Assembly (NCBI GenBank): GCA_964626665.1 | Contig: CAZVGK010000011.1 | Span: 1-64,000, forward strand | Direction of reading: 5' to 3' | Length of the DNA stretch: 64,000 nucleotides | Origin: an uncultured Gemmatimonadota bacterium | GTDB lineage: Bacteria; SM23-81; DAOVCL01 | Shown: positions 29,178-39,376 of the stretch, piece by piece | Numbering within the stretch: the first letter of the stretch is position 1 | Layout of the letters: the number at the start of each line of letters is the position of its first letter | The notes under the pieces: model-generated | The model's input: the letters and a program-made list of their open reading frames with translations, nothing else | Told to the model about the DNA's origin: nothing | The model's database searches: none | Made by a program: the position numbers and the translations under genes

Positions 29178-30809
29178 ATGCCAGCCAATAATAACGAGAC
29201 CGAAAAGCGTCTTTGGGATATGGCTGATGAACTGCGGGCAAATTCTAAGCTTAAGGCTTCCGAATACTCGATTCCTGTCCTGGGGCTGATTTCCCTCCGC
29301 TATGCCGACTACAAGTTTAGTCAAGCCGCGAAGGTGTTAGCTGGTAAAAGCAGTGGCCGCCGTCAGGTCGGTAGGGCAGATTACCATGCACGGGGTGCCC
29401 TCTACTTGCCCAGGGAGGCAAGATTTCGTAATCTCCTTGAACTACCAGAAGGGGAAAACATTGGCCAGGCAATTAACGATGCGATGAGAGCCATTGAGAG
29501 CGAAAATCCGGATCTCAAGGGTGTGCTTCCCAAAACCTATAATCGCCTGGAAAATGCCACACTCATCGAATTGATCAAGCTTATGGCATCGATCCCAATG
29601 AACATTGAGGGCGATGCCTTTGGCAAGATCTATGAGTATTTCCTGGGCAAGTTTGCGATGAGTGAGGGGCAGAAGGGCGGCGAGTTCTTCACCCCAACAT
29701 CGATTGTCAAACTTATTGTGGCGATTATCGAGCCATTCTATGGCAAGATTTTTGATCCGGCCTGCGGCTCAGGTGGTATGTTTGTCCAGAGCGCTCGATT
29801 TGTTGAGGAGCACAAGAAGGACCCTAATGCCCAAATAAGCGTATATGGCCAGGAACGAGTTGCAGAGACTGTCCGCCTGTGCAAGATGAACCTGGCAGTC
29901 CACGGCCTGGCCGGTGACATTCGCCAGGGCAACACCTACTATGAAGACCTACACACCGGCCCCGGCAAGTTCGATTTTATGATGGCCAATCCTCCTTTTA
30001 ATGTAGACCGCGTGGACAAGGAGCGTCTCAAGGATGATCCGCGCTTTCCGTTTGGCCTACCTCGAGCGGATAACGCCAACTACCTGTGGATTCAAATCTT
30101 TTACAGTGCCCTTAACGATGCAGGCCGGGCGGGTTTCGTTATGGCGAATTCTGCCTCTGATGCCCGTGCTTCAGAATTGGAAATCCGTAAAAAGCTCATC
30201 CAGGATCGAACAGTGGATGTAATGGTATCCGTTGGTTCCAATTTCTTTTATACAGTGACGCTGCCCTGCACCCTCTGGTTCCTGGATAAGGGTAAGAAGA
30301 ACACGGACCGGCGGGACAAGGTTCTGTTCATCGATGTGCGGCACATCTACCGCCAGGTCGATCGCGCACACCGTGAGTTCATTCCGGAGCAAATCGAATA
30401 CTTGGCGAACATCGCCAGGCTATATCGTGGCGAGCAGGTCGATATAGAGCTTTTCGCACAGCGAATTAAGCGTCGTCTGGATGAATTTAGTAAAGACAAC
30501 GAAAAAAAGGACCGGGTTCCTCTCCTTGAAAGGCTCTTGGAAGATCTGCAGGCAAATTTTCCTGATGGGAAGTATGTGGATGTGCCCGGCCTGTGCAAGG
30601 TGGCGACCGTACAGGAGATTGAAGCCCAGGGTTGGAGTTTAAACCCCGGCCGCTATGTCGGCGTTGCCAAGCGGGAAGATGAGGACTTCGACTTTCGGGA
30701 GCGATTGGAGGAACTTAACGAGGAGTTGGAGGTGCTCAATGTTGAGGCAAGGGAGTTGGAAGAACGGATTGCGGAGAATGTCGTGAAGTTGTTGGAGGGG
30801 AAGTGCTGA
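29178..30809 (+). CDS. hsdM: Type I R-M methyltransferase subunit
   Basis: [31 protein letters not shown]. Confidence 0.96.
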   Translation: MPANNNETEKRLWDMADELRANSKLKASEYSIPVLGLISLRYADYKFSQAAKVLAGKSSGRRQVGRADYHARGALYLPREARFRNLLELPEGENIGQAINDAMRAIESENPDLKGVLPKTYNRLENATLIELIKLMASIPMNIEGDAFGKIYEYFLGKFAMSEGQKGGEFFTPTSIVKLIVAIIEPFYGKIFDPACGSGGMFVQSARFVEEHKKDPNAQISVYGQERVAETVRLCKMNLAVHGLAGDIRQGNTYYEDLHTGPGKFDFMMANPPFNVDRVDKERLKDDPRFPFGLPRADNANYLWIQIFYSALNDAGRAGFVMANSASDARASELEIRKKLIQDRTVDVMVSVGSNFFYTVTLPCTLWFLDKGKKNTDRRDKVLFIDVRHIYRQVDRAHREFIPEQIEYLANIARLYRGEQVDIELFAQRIKRRLDEFSKDNEKKDRVPLLERLLEDLQANFPDGKYVDVPGLCKVATVQEIEAQGWSLNPGRYVGVAKREDEDFDFRERLEELNEELEVLNVEARELEERIAENVVKLLEGKC

Positions 30810-32035
30810 CATACACTACTTCCAATAACAATTGGGTCGTTTGCAAATTGGGTGAGATGGCTGAAGAAATCCGCGAACTCTACGAACCAACTAGTGCTGA
30901 ACAATATCCATACATTGGGTTGGAACACATCGGCCAACGGTCGTTGAGATTAACCGGAGTAGGCAAATCTACAGAGACCATAAGCACAAAGAAGGTTTTC
31001 CATGCAGGTGATATTCTCTTTGGAAGTCTTCGACCATACTTCCGAAAAGTTGCAAGGCCAAAGTTTGGTGGAGTATGTTCGACAGATATCACTGTGATTC
31101 GGGCAAAAGCGAAAGCAGATCAAGGATTTCTTCATTACTTTATCGCGAACCAAGCATTCATTGACCACGCGACCAACATATCTGGCGGTACCAGAATGCC
31201 GCGTGCAAACTGGAAAGTCCTCTGTGATTCCAAGTGGTCCTTTCCCCCTCTCCCCACCCAACGCAAAATCGCCGCCATCCTCTCAGCCTATGACGACCTG
31301 ATCGAGAACAACCTGCGGCGGATTAAGATCCTGGAGGAGATAGCGCAGAACCTCTACCGCGAGTGGTTCGTTAAGTTCCGCTTCCCCGGCCACGAGAAGG
31401 CGCGCTTTGTCGACTCCCCGCTGGGCAAGATCCCGGAGGGGTGGGAGGTGGTAACGTTAGGTGGCACTTGCGAACTGAGGAAGGACAAGTTCAGAAAAGA
31501 AGAGCACGGGGAACTACCTCTCTTGAACTTGGCTAAGATGCTGCAGCGCACTTTGTTAGTGGGTGAAATGGGAAAACCAGACGAACTCTCTACTTCGCGC
31601 ATCATCTTCGAAGAAGACGACATCTTATTCGGATCAATCCGACCCTACCTACACAAGGTTGTTCTCGCTCCCTGTCAAGGCGTCACCAATGTATCGGTGC
31701 TGGTCATCCGGCCTCGCGACGAAGACTTGTGGTCATTCCTAGCTGTGCTCCTGTCATCGATAGACGTAATTCGCTGGGCAGATCAACACAGCACGGGAAC
31801 GAAGATGCCCGTCATTAAGTGGGACTCTTTGCAAACAATGCCCGTGCTGATGCCATCTGAGTCGGTTCTTCATGCATTTGCGACTGCTGTTGAGCCATTG
31901 TTGCAGGCGATCAAAATGACATTTTCCCGGAATCAAAACCTCCGCCGCACCCGCGACCTGCTCTTACCCAAGCTGATCTCTGGCGACTTGGATGTGTCGG
32001 AGCTACATATTAACCTTAGCCCGATCTATTCATAA
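30803..32035 (+). CDS. hsdS: Type I R-M specificity subunit
   Basis: Two TRDs, [43 protein letters not shown]; overlaps the hsdM stop. Confidence 0.95.
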   Translation: MLTYTTSNNNWVVCKLGEMAEEIRELYEPTSAEQYPYIGLEHIGQRSLRLTGVGKSTETISTKKVFHAGDILFGSLRPYFRKVARPKFGGVCSTDITVIRAKAKADQGFLHYFIANQAFIDHATNISGGTRMPRANWKVLCDSKWSFPPLPTQRKIAAILSAYDDLIENNLRRIKILEEIAQNLYREWFVKFRFPGHEKARFVDSPLGKIPEGWEVVTLGGTCELRKDKFRKEEHGELPLLNLAKMLQRTLLVGEMGKPDELSTSRIIFEEDDILFGSIRPYLHKVVLAPCQGVTNVSVLVIRPRDEDLWSFLAVLLSSIDVIRWADQHSTGTKMPVIKWDSLQTMPVLMPSESVLHAFATAVEPLLQAIKMTFSRNQNLRRTRDLLLPKLISGDLDVSELHINLSPIYS

Positions 32036-32194
32036 ATCAGGGTGAGTATCTCCGATACTCATGGATTTTATGTCGTAGGGACAGGGCTTCAGCCCTGTCC
32101 GGAGGAAGCGGACAGACATAAATGGCTGTCCTTACGGAATGACCAGATAACCTCTGGATAAAGGGACCGTCATTAGTTTATGAACAATGCAGGT
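32019..32194. mobile_element. MITE-like element with imperfect TIRs enclosing a GTAGGGACAG REP; second copy at 61221-61404
   Basis: Ends CCCGATCTATTCATAAA / TTTATGAACAATGCAGG; related ends also at about 402-424 and 60421-60437. Confidence 0.6.
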
Positions 32195-32209
32195 TAGGGA
32201 GGATAACCA

Positions 32210-32923
32210 ATGAGTGAGATTTACAATGTCTATTGTGACGAATCATGCCACCTGGAGAACGACCATCAAAGAGTGATGGTGTTGGGTGCGGTTTGGTGCC
32301 CATTGGACAAGGTTCGTGAAATTGCCGTGCGGCTGCGCGAGATCAAAATACGCCACGGCTTAAAACCCGATTTTGAAGTCAAGTGGACTAAGGTATCTCC
32401 TGCTAAGGCTCAACTTTATATAGACTGGATGGATTACTTCTTCGACGACCACGACCTGCACTTTCGCGCTTTGATTGTGCCGGACAAATCAAAGTTACGC
32501 CATGAGGCGTTCCCAGGCCAGGAGCATGACACTTGGTATTACAAGATGTACTTTGATATGCTTAAAGTAATTTTTAGTCCCCAGGCGAGCTATCGCATTT
32601 ACCTTGATATCAAAGATACCCATGGCGCAGCAAAGGTCAAGAAGCTACACAATGTGTTATGTAGCAACCAGTACGATTTCACCCACGAAATCATTGAAAG
32701 AGTCCAGTTGGTGCGATCCCATGAAATTGAAATACTACAACTGGCCGATCTCCTGATCGGCACAGTGTCCTATAGGAACCGCGGGCTCCACGGAAATGAG
32801 GGGAAACTCCGTTTGGTGGAGAGAATGAAACGGCGTTCGGGGTATAATCTGAAGACGACGACCCTGTTGCAAGAAATGAAGGTCAACCTGTTCCGGTGGC
32901 ACGCCAGGGAGATAAAAAGGTGA
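32210..32923 (+). CDS. DUF3800 family protein (RNase H-like acidic motifs)
   Basis: YNVYCDESCHLEND, FEVKWTKVS, IYLDIKD, ILQLADLLIG; GGAGG RBS. Confidence 0.85.
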   Translation: MSEIYNVYCDESCHLENDHQRVMVLGAVWCPLDKVREIAVRLREIKIRHGLKPDFEVKWTKVSPAKAQLYIDWMDYFFDDHDLHFRALIVPDKSKLRHEAFPGQEHDTWYYKMYFDMLKVIFSPQASYRIYLDIKDTHGAAKVKKLHNVLCSNQYDFTHEIIERVQLVRSHEIEILQLADLLIGTVSYRNRGLHGNEGKLRLVERMKRRSGYNLKTTTLLQEMKVNLFRWHAREIKR

Positions 32924-33416
32924 ACCTAGTGCCAGAGTGGTTACCGCCACTCGTTCAGCTAAGTGACTATGGAGGCAACTGGGATCAGTATCTGGAGGCC
33001 CTGTATAAACACTTTGAAACTGATTTTGTCAAAAGTAGGCCTCGATTCCACAAACGGAGATTGGGCCTAAAGAGACACCCGTTATTGCAGGGAAGAGAGG
33101 CCACATTCTGGCATATGATCTCGGAGGGACGAGATGAGACGTCACGAACACCGGATCTGAGACGATGCAAGCGGGTTCGCTGGATACGTGCTGTCATTGA
33201 ACATGCGGACGATCCGGCAGTCAAGGTGTGGGAGAATACGCGGCGGGGAGAGCGCAGAATTTGTTTATGGTTGGAAGAGCAAGAATATCTGGTCGTTCTC
33301 GCTGATCGAAAGAGATGTTACCATGGACAGCGTACATGGTAACTCGTAGCCATCGCAAGCGTAAACTACGAAAAGAGTTTGAGAAATGGCAGAGACAACA
33401 AGGTAAAAATAGCTGA
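32920..33416 (+). pseudogene. Small putative nuclease/toxin coupled to DUF3800, frameshifted near 33315
   Basis: GTG overlaps the DUF3800 TGA; WLPPL, EATFWHMISEG, PDLRRC, YLVVLADR, then the -1 frame continues LPWTAYMVTRSHRKRKLRKEFEKW to TGA at 33416. Confidence 0.65.
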
Positions 33417-33470
33417 TGCCGCCCCGAAGGACGGCATCGTTACTCCTTCTACACATGGCAGATGAACTAT
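33405..33470 (-). ncRNA. Candidate structured small RNA, convergent with the DUF3800 operon
   Basis: Basal stem AUAGUU/AGCUAU, hairpin UCUGC-CAUGU-GUAGA, 10-bp hairpin with cUUCGg loop, U tail; pairs fully only on the minus strand (G-U). Confidence 0.7.
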
Positions 33471-33474
33471 TGTA

Positions 33475-33503
33475 AATATAAGAAAAAAAATTAAGGATGT
33501 CAA
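33475..33503 (-). promoter_or_regulatory. Sigma70 promoter driving the candidate RNA
   Basis: TTGACA-17-TATATT; predicted +1 at about 33468-33470 coincides with the 5' end of the fold. Confidence 0.75.
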
Positions 33504-33876
33504 GCATTTTTTGGGGGGGTTGACTTTTCTTGCAACTGAGTAGGGAGGGAGTGTAATTGACTAACTATTCGGGGCTTACCCTCATTGATGGTTGAGCATC
33601 GCCATATTCGCTGGGGTTGGTTGAAAATTAGGTACTCTGCCCCCTCGCAACACCAATGAGAACTCTACGCGTGAAAACAAGGCAAAAGCTACAAGCTTTT
33701 CCACAGTCAATAGCTTCGCCTCCTCAGGCTCTTGAGTATTTTTACTAAGATTGTTGATTAAAAATACTAAATACTGGCTCAATTTTTGTTAAAGAATCCC
33801 TCTTATTTATAATGTGTTTTCCCGGTTTGCAAACAGTTCAAGGTGATTCGAAAAAATGGTTGCATTGCATAGGGGA

Positions 33877-36800
33877 ATGATAAACGATTACTCAGAAGAT
33901 AGGCTTATCGAACAACCCACCATCGCGTTGTTTGAAGAACTCGGTTGGGAGACAATCAACTGCTTTCAGGAGTTCGCCCAAGTGGGTGGCAGCCCCCTTG
34001 GGCGGAAGACAAAGGCAGAGGTGGCGCTCCTCTCCCGGCTTCGACCTGTATTGGAGCGGCTGAATCCGGATTTACCGCCAGAGGCCTTTGATTTAGCGAT
34101 CGAGGAACTGATCCGCGACCGCAGTGCTATGAGCTTAGCCCAAGCTAACCACGAGATATACCTCCTCATCAAAGATGGCGTGAAGGTGAAAATTCGTGCT
34201 GACCGTAGTAAGGGGGAGACCGTTGAGACCGTCCGGGTGATCGACTGGAACGAACCAGGAAACAACGATTTTTTGCTGGCCTCCCAATTTTGGGTGACAG
34301 GAGAGATGTACACCAGACGGGCAGATCTGGTCGGTTTTGCCAATGGTTTACCTCTTTTGTTCGTCGAACTTAAGGCATCTCACCGCCGGCTGGAGACGGC
34401 CTACACCGGTAACCTTACCGACTACAAAGATACAATTCCACAGCTCTTCTGGTATAACGCGCTGATCATCCTCTCCAACGGCAGCCTCAGCAAGGTGGGC
34501 AGTGTCACATCCACCTGGGAGCATTTCGTGGACTGGAAAAAGGTTAACAGCGAAGGAGAAGAAGGAATCATCTCCCTGGAAACGATGATCCGCGGCATTT
34601 GTGAGCCAGCACGATTGCTCGACTTAGTGGAAAACTTTACTCTGTTTATGGAGGCTCAGGGTGGTCTTATCAAGTTGGTGGCCAAGAACCACCAGTATCT
34701 TGGGGTAAACAACGCAATTGTGGCGCTTAAAGATATTAAATTGAAGAAAGGAAGGCTTGGCGTCTTCTGGCATACGCAGGGTAGCGGCAAAAGCATTTCG
34801 ATGATCTTTTTCTCTCAGAAGGTGCTGCGCAAGATTCCCGGTAACTGGACTTTTGTCATCGTAACGGATCGAAAGGAGCTGGATCAACAGATCTACAAGA
34901 ACTTCGCCAATAGCAAAGTAATCACTGAAAAGCAAGCTCAGGCAACGAATTCCGCCAAACTGCGCCAGTTATTGCGGGAAGATCATCGTTATGTCTTTAC
35001 CCTCATCCACAAGTTCCGCACCGCAAAGGGAGAGGAGCATCCTGTCCTCTCGCAGCGTTCGGATGTTATTGTTATTACCGACGAAGCACACCGCAGCCAA
35101 TACGATACGCTGGCTTTGAACATGCGGGTTGCCTTACCGAACGCTTCATTCATTGCCTTTACCGGCACACCACTGATCGTGGGAGAGGAGAGAACGAAAC
35201 AGGTTTTCGGCGACTATGTGAGCATCTACAACTTCAAGCAGTCAGTAGATGATGGAGTTACTGTGCCGCTCTACTACGAAAGCCGCATCCCCGAACTGCA
35301 GTTGAGTAATGAGAATCTTAACGAGGATATGGAGGAATTGTTAGAAGAAGCCAAACTCAATGAGGAGGAAGAGGAAAAGCTGGAGCGGGAGTTTTTCCGG
35401 GAATACCATTTGATTACCCGAGACGACCGGTTAGAGACAGTGGCCGAGGATATAGTCGAGCACTTCACAAATCGGGGATTTGCGGGCAAGGCAATGGTAG
35501 TCTGCATCGACAAGGCTACAGCGGTGCGGATGTACGACAAAGTGCAGAAGTACTGGAAACGGAAGATGAAACGCTTGCGCCAGGAACTGAAGAGGACATC
35601 CGAGGATACACGATCCGGGATCGCAGCTCAAATCCGGTTCATGGAGGAGACCGATATGGCCGTTGTGGTTTCCCAATCCCAGAACGAGATCGCCGAGATG
35701 AAGAAAAAGGGGGTAAACATCATACTCCATCGCCAGCGGATGGGGAAAGAGGATCTCGACACCAAATTCAAAGATGCTGACGACTGTTTTCGCGTTGTAT
35801 TTGTCTGCGCGATGTGGATGACGGGCTTTGATGCACCTTGCTGTTCGACAATCTACCTCGATAAGCCAATGCGGAATCATACCTTGATGCAAACAATTGC
35901 GCGGGCGAACCGCGTTTTCAGGGACAAAGTCAATGGCTTAATTGTGGATTATGTGGGGGTCTTCCGTAACCTACAGAAAGCGTTGGCCATCTATGGCTCT
36001 GGTTCGGGAGGTGGGGTGGAGGAAGGCGACACGCCAGTAAGGGATAAATCAGCCTTGGTGGAGCAACTAAAGCAGGCCATTGCCGAGACGACAGCATACT
36101 GTGTGGAGCATAAGATTGACCTGGATGTAATCCAAGCCGCCAAGGGATTTGAGAGGGTAAAACTGCTGGACGACGCAGTGGACGCCATCCTTGTCGATGA
36201 TGAATCTAAGAGACACTACCTTATGCTGGCAGGAACTGTCAACAGGTTCTACAAAGCAATTCTGCCCGATCCGAGCGCCAAGGAACTGAGCCCAAAATGT
36301 AACCTCTTCGATGTAATTGTCCAGAAGGTTCACTCTATCAAACCACCGGTCGATATCTCCGATGTAATGAGGGAAGTAGAGAAGCTCCTTGATGAGTCTG
36401 TCGCTGCTCAGCCCTATATGATTCGCAAGTCAAAGGTCCCACGCATCAAGGATCTAAGCAAGATCGATTTCGAGATGTTGAAGGCCAAGTTTGAACGTTT
36501 GCGTAAACGCACAGTGGTAGAGAAACTCAAAGGGGTCATTGGCAGAAAGCTCAACCAGATGATCCGCCTCAATCGCCTGCGGATGGATTATCTGGAACAT
36601 TTCCGGAAGATGATCGATGAGTACAACGCGGGAAGTATGAACATCGACGAGTTCTTCAAGCAGCTTGTTGACTTCGCGCAGAGCCTGAACGAGGAGGAAA
36701 ACCGGCATATTGCGGCTCAGTTATCTGAAGAGGAGCTTGCCCTATTCGATCTTCTGATCAAGCCGAAGATGGAACTGAGTAAACAAGAGCGCCGCCGGGT

Positions 36801-37035
36801 CAAGAAGGTGGCTCGTGAGTTGCTCGAGACCCTGAAGAGGGAGAAACTTGTTTTGGATTGGCGAAAGCGTCAACAATCAAGGGCAGCGGTAAGGTTGACT
36901 ATCGAGGAAACGCTGGATAAGCTTCCCCAGTGCTACCCACAGCAGTTGTATCGACGGAAGTGTGACATAGTCTATGAACATATCTACGAATCGTATTATG
37001 GTCAGGGGCAAAGTGTCTATTCAATTGCGGTTTGA
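33877..37035 (+). CDS. hsdR: Type I R-M restriction/motor subunit
   Basis: RADLVGFANGLPL..ELK, WHTQGSGKS, TDEAHRSQY, FTGTP, MWMTGFD, QTIARANR; start 33877 or 33856. Confidence 0.96.
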   Translation: MINDYSEDRLIEQPTIALFEELGWETINCFQEFAQVGGSPLGRKTKAEVALLSRLRPVLERLNPDLPPEAFDLAIEELIRDRSAMSLAQANHEIYLLIKDGVKVKIRADRSKGETVETVRVIDWNEPGNNDFLLASQFWVTGEMYTRRADLVGFANGLPLLFVELKASHRRLETAYTGNLTDYKDTIPQLFWYNALIILSNGSLSKVGSVTSTWEHFVDWKKVNSEGEEGIISLETMIRGICEPARLLDLVENFTLFMEAQGGLIKLVAKNHQYLGVNNAIVALKDIKLKKGRLGVFWHTQGSGKSISMIFFSQKVLRKIPGNWTFVIVTDRKELDQQIYKNFANSKVITEKQAQATNSAKLRQLLREDHRYVFTLIHKFRTAKGEEHPVLSQRSDVIVITDEAHRSQYDTLALNMRVALPNASFIAFTGTPLIVGEERTKQVFGDYVSIYNFKQSVDDGVTVPLYYESRIPELQLSNENLNEDMEELLEEAKLNEEEEEKLEREFFREYHLITRDDRLETVAEDIVEHFTNRGFAGKAMVVCIDKATAVRMYDKVQKYWKRKMKRLRQELKRTSEDTRSGIAAQIRFMEETDMAVVVSQSQNEIAEMKKKGVNIILHRQRMGKEDLDTKFKDADDCFRVVFVCAMWMTGFDAPCCSTIYLDKPMRNHTLMQTIARANRVFRDKVNGLIVDYVGVFRNLQKALAIYGSGSGGGVEEGDTPVRDKSALVEQLKQAIAETTAYCVEHKIDLDVIQAAKGFERVKLLDDAVDAILVDDESKRHYLMLAGTVNRFYKAILPDPSAKELSPKCNLFDVIVQKVHSIKPPVDISDVMREVEKLLDESVAAQPYMIRKSKVPRIKDLSKIDFEMLKAKFERLRKRTVVEKLKGVIGRKLNQMIRLNRLRMDYLEHFRKMIDEYNAGSMNIDEFFKQLVDFAQSLNEEENRHIAAQLSEEELALFDLLIKPKMELSKQERRRVKKVARELLETLKREKLVLDWRKRQQSRAAVRLTIEETLDKLPQCYPQQLYRRKCDIVYEHIYESYYGQGQSVYSIAV

Positions 37036-37126
37036 GATGAAAGCGAACCAACCCACTGCCCAGATGTTTTAGCGCTTCGCAAACAACGGACCCTTAGCTG
37101 ACATTGCTCAATGGAGAGGAGATGTT

Positions 37127-37909
37127 ATGATGAACAACCCAATAATCGAAACGATGCTGAAGCGGAAGTCAATTCGTCGCTATAAGGATAAATCACCCTC
37201 TGATGAAGTGATAACATCCATCGTCCGAGCAGGCCAACAGGCTCCGTTTGCTTCTCAACTTTACAGCCTGTTACTATCGCGCAATAAAGAAGGAAATCCC
37301 TTTGGGGCACCATTGCTATTCACGGTCTGTGTGGATTCCCACAAGGTAGAGCTTGTTATGGCCCGAAGAAATTGGAAGTTGATCACTAATGATCTCTCCC
37401 TGTTGATTTTTGGCATCCAGGATGCCTCCCTAATGGCAGAAAATATGGTGATTGCCGAGGAAAGTTTGGGATTGGGGAGTTGCTTTCTGGGGGATGTCCC
37501 TTACCGAGCCGAGAAGATTGTAAAAGAATATCAATTGCCCCAGCGGGTCTTCCCTTTGGTTCAATTAGCTATGGGGTATCCAGCAGAAAACCCACCTCCC
37601 CGGCCGCGATATCCTCTGGAGTTTGTTCTTTTTGAGGATGAATATCCTGAGTTCAGTGAGGAGATGATTAGTAAAGCGATGAGGGAAATGGACGAAGGGT
37701 ATCTGGCACAGGATTACTACCGTAAGGGAAACTACAAGATCCCTTTGGAAGGAGAGCGTGAAGAGACATTTACTTTTGATAATTATGGGTGGAGCGAACA
37801 CATTTCTCGGAAGTGGGGACAATGGTTTGCTTCGCCACAGGATCTGCTGGAGCAGTTTACGAAATGTGGTTTTCATATAACTGAAGTTGATCAGAAAGAA
37901 GTTGAGTAG
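37127..37909 (+). CDS. Nitroreductase family protein (NfsA-like)
   Basis: RKSIRRY, AGQQAP, AEESLGLGSCFLG, MGYPA, PRPRYP. Confidence 0.88.
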   Translation: MMNNPIIETMLKRKSIRRYKDKSPSDEVITSIVRAGQQAPFASQLYSLLLSRNKEGNPFGAPLLFTVCVDSHKVELVMARRNWKLITNDLSLLIFGIQDASLMAENMVIAEESLGLGSCFLGDVPYRAEKIVKEYQLPQRVFPLVQLAMGYPAENPPPRPRYPLEFVLFEDEYPEFSEEMISKAMREMDEGYLAQDYYRKGNYKIPLEGEREETFTFDNYGWSEHISRKWGQWFASPQDLLEQFTKCGFHITEVDQKEVE

Positions 37910-37942
37910 CAGCGAAATCGTTATTTGGAGTCTTAAGCTAAA

Positions 37943-39166
37943 ATGGTTAAAGCATTTGGGCTAATTGTTATTGTCTTGGCCAAGATATGGGTGGTTACAC
38001 CCGAGAATATAGTTCTATCGGATTCTGCCTCTGGTTCCCCGACGACCGATAATACATTCCAGACGGTAATCGACCATGCACAGGCTGGAGATACACTCCT
38101 TCTCAAGCCAGGCAGATACGAGGCAACCCCAAAGCCCTACCGAGAGGCAATTTGCGGTAACTGTGTTGATCCACACACCGAAGTTAATGTTACCGTTGGC
38201 TTCCATATCAGCGGAAAGCCACTTGTCATCATCGGTGAAGATCAGGATAGCACTGTGCTGGTTACTAATGGAGGCTATGGAATTCTCTTTGAGAACAGCT
38301 ATGGCTCTTATATCGGGAACTTAACGGTGACTGGTGGTATCCGTGACCCCGATGGCAATGCGACGGATGCTGCCTTTGTGGTGAAGAATAGCCGTGTAAC
38401 CATTGAAAATGTGCGTATTGTTGCCAATACCCACAGGATTGATACAGTGATCGTAGGCATTGGCGGCATATATGGTAGAGAGGGGGCAGAGTTACTCATC
38501 TTCAACAATATCATCAGGAACAACGGATGGGATGGTGTGGCCCTCTACCGGGGGGCAACCGCAGTGATTGCCGATAATGTGATTGAAAATGGTCGAGGGG
38601 CAGGCATAGGTATAACCTGGGATGCCACTGCAATCGTATATAGAAACAGGATTTCCGGATACTGGAAAGGCATTGGGGCATTCGGCAACTCAAGGGTAGT
38701 GGCCAGGAACAATGCGGTCTTTGATAACCTTGGCTGGGGCATCATTGCCACTGGTAATTCCTATATGGAGGTGGTCAACAATGCGGTTTACCACAATGGT
38801 AACTGTGGGTTTGCCGTCTGGGAGGAGACGGCAAGGGGGATCCTCAAAAACAACATTATCGCCAGAAATGGCTGGAAGGAGGAATGGGTATGTCCAGGTG
38901 TGGGCGTCTGGATGAATACCGCAATAGAAAAATTCCCGGTTGTGTACAACAATGTCTGGAACAACACTGCGGGTAATTATGAGGGGATTGAGGACCAAAC
39001 CAACTGGAATGGCAATATCTCGCAGGATCCTCTGCTTGAAGATGATCAGTCTTTTAGGTTGAAACCTGGGTCACCGTGTATAGATGCAGGCGACCCTGAA
39101 ATCCTTGATCCCGATGGGACCCGTTCGGATATGGGCCCCTTCGGTGGTCCCCTTACTCGCTTTTAG
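37943..39166 (+). CDS. Secreted right-handed beta-helix protein
   Basis: Repeating NNII.NN.W.G pattern; C-terminal GNISQDP..SPCIDAGDP..DMG. Confidence 0.8.
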   Translation: MVKAFGLIVIVLAKIWVVTPENIVLSDSASGSPTTDNTFQTVIDHAQAGDTLLLKPGRYEATPKPYREAICGNCVDPHTEVNVTVGFHISGKPLVIIGEDQDSTVLVTNGGYGILFENSYGSYIGNLTVTGGIRDPDGNATDAAFVVKNSRVTIENVRIVANTHRIDTVIVGIGGIYGREGAELLIFNNIIRNNGWDGVALYRGATAVIADNVIENGRGAGIGITWDATAIVYRNRISGYWKGIGAFGNSRVVARNNAVFDNLGWGIIATGNSYMEVVNNAVYHNGNCGFAVWEETARGILKNNIIARNGWKEEWVCPGVGVWMNTAIEKFPVVYNNVWNNTAGNYEGIEDQTNWNGNISQDPLLEDDQSFRLKPGSPCIDAGDPEILDPDGTRSDMGPFGGPLTRF

Positions 39167-39376
39167 CCTGAATAATGCATATGCCACAAAGACACCAAGC
39201 CTCAAAGTGTTGATTGAATACGGACGGTGTTTTCCTGTATAGTTTGGGATAAAGATCCGGGATAAATCCTGTTATCCCCTTAGAAAAGCCCCACCGCAGG
39301 CGGCTAAGTTGAAGAAAGGAGCACTGATGAAAGAGTTTAGGTTAAGTGGGGAAGGCCTGAAGGGCAGAAAGGCCTA

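Noticed and set aside
33265-33507. 80-aa minus-strand ORF over the candidate RNA
   Set aside because: Its TTG start is the -35 box region itself, it has no RBS, and it starts upstream of the predicted transcription start.
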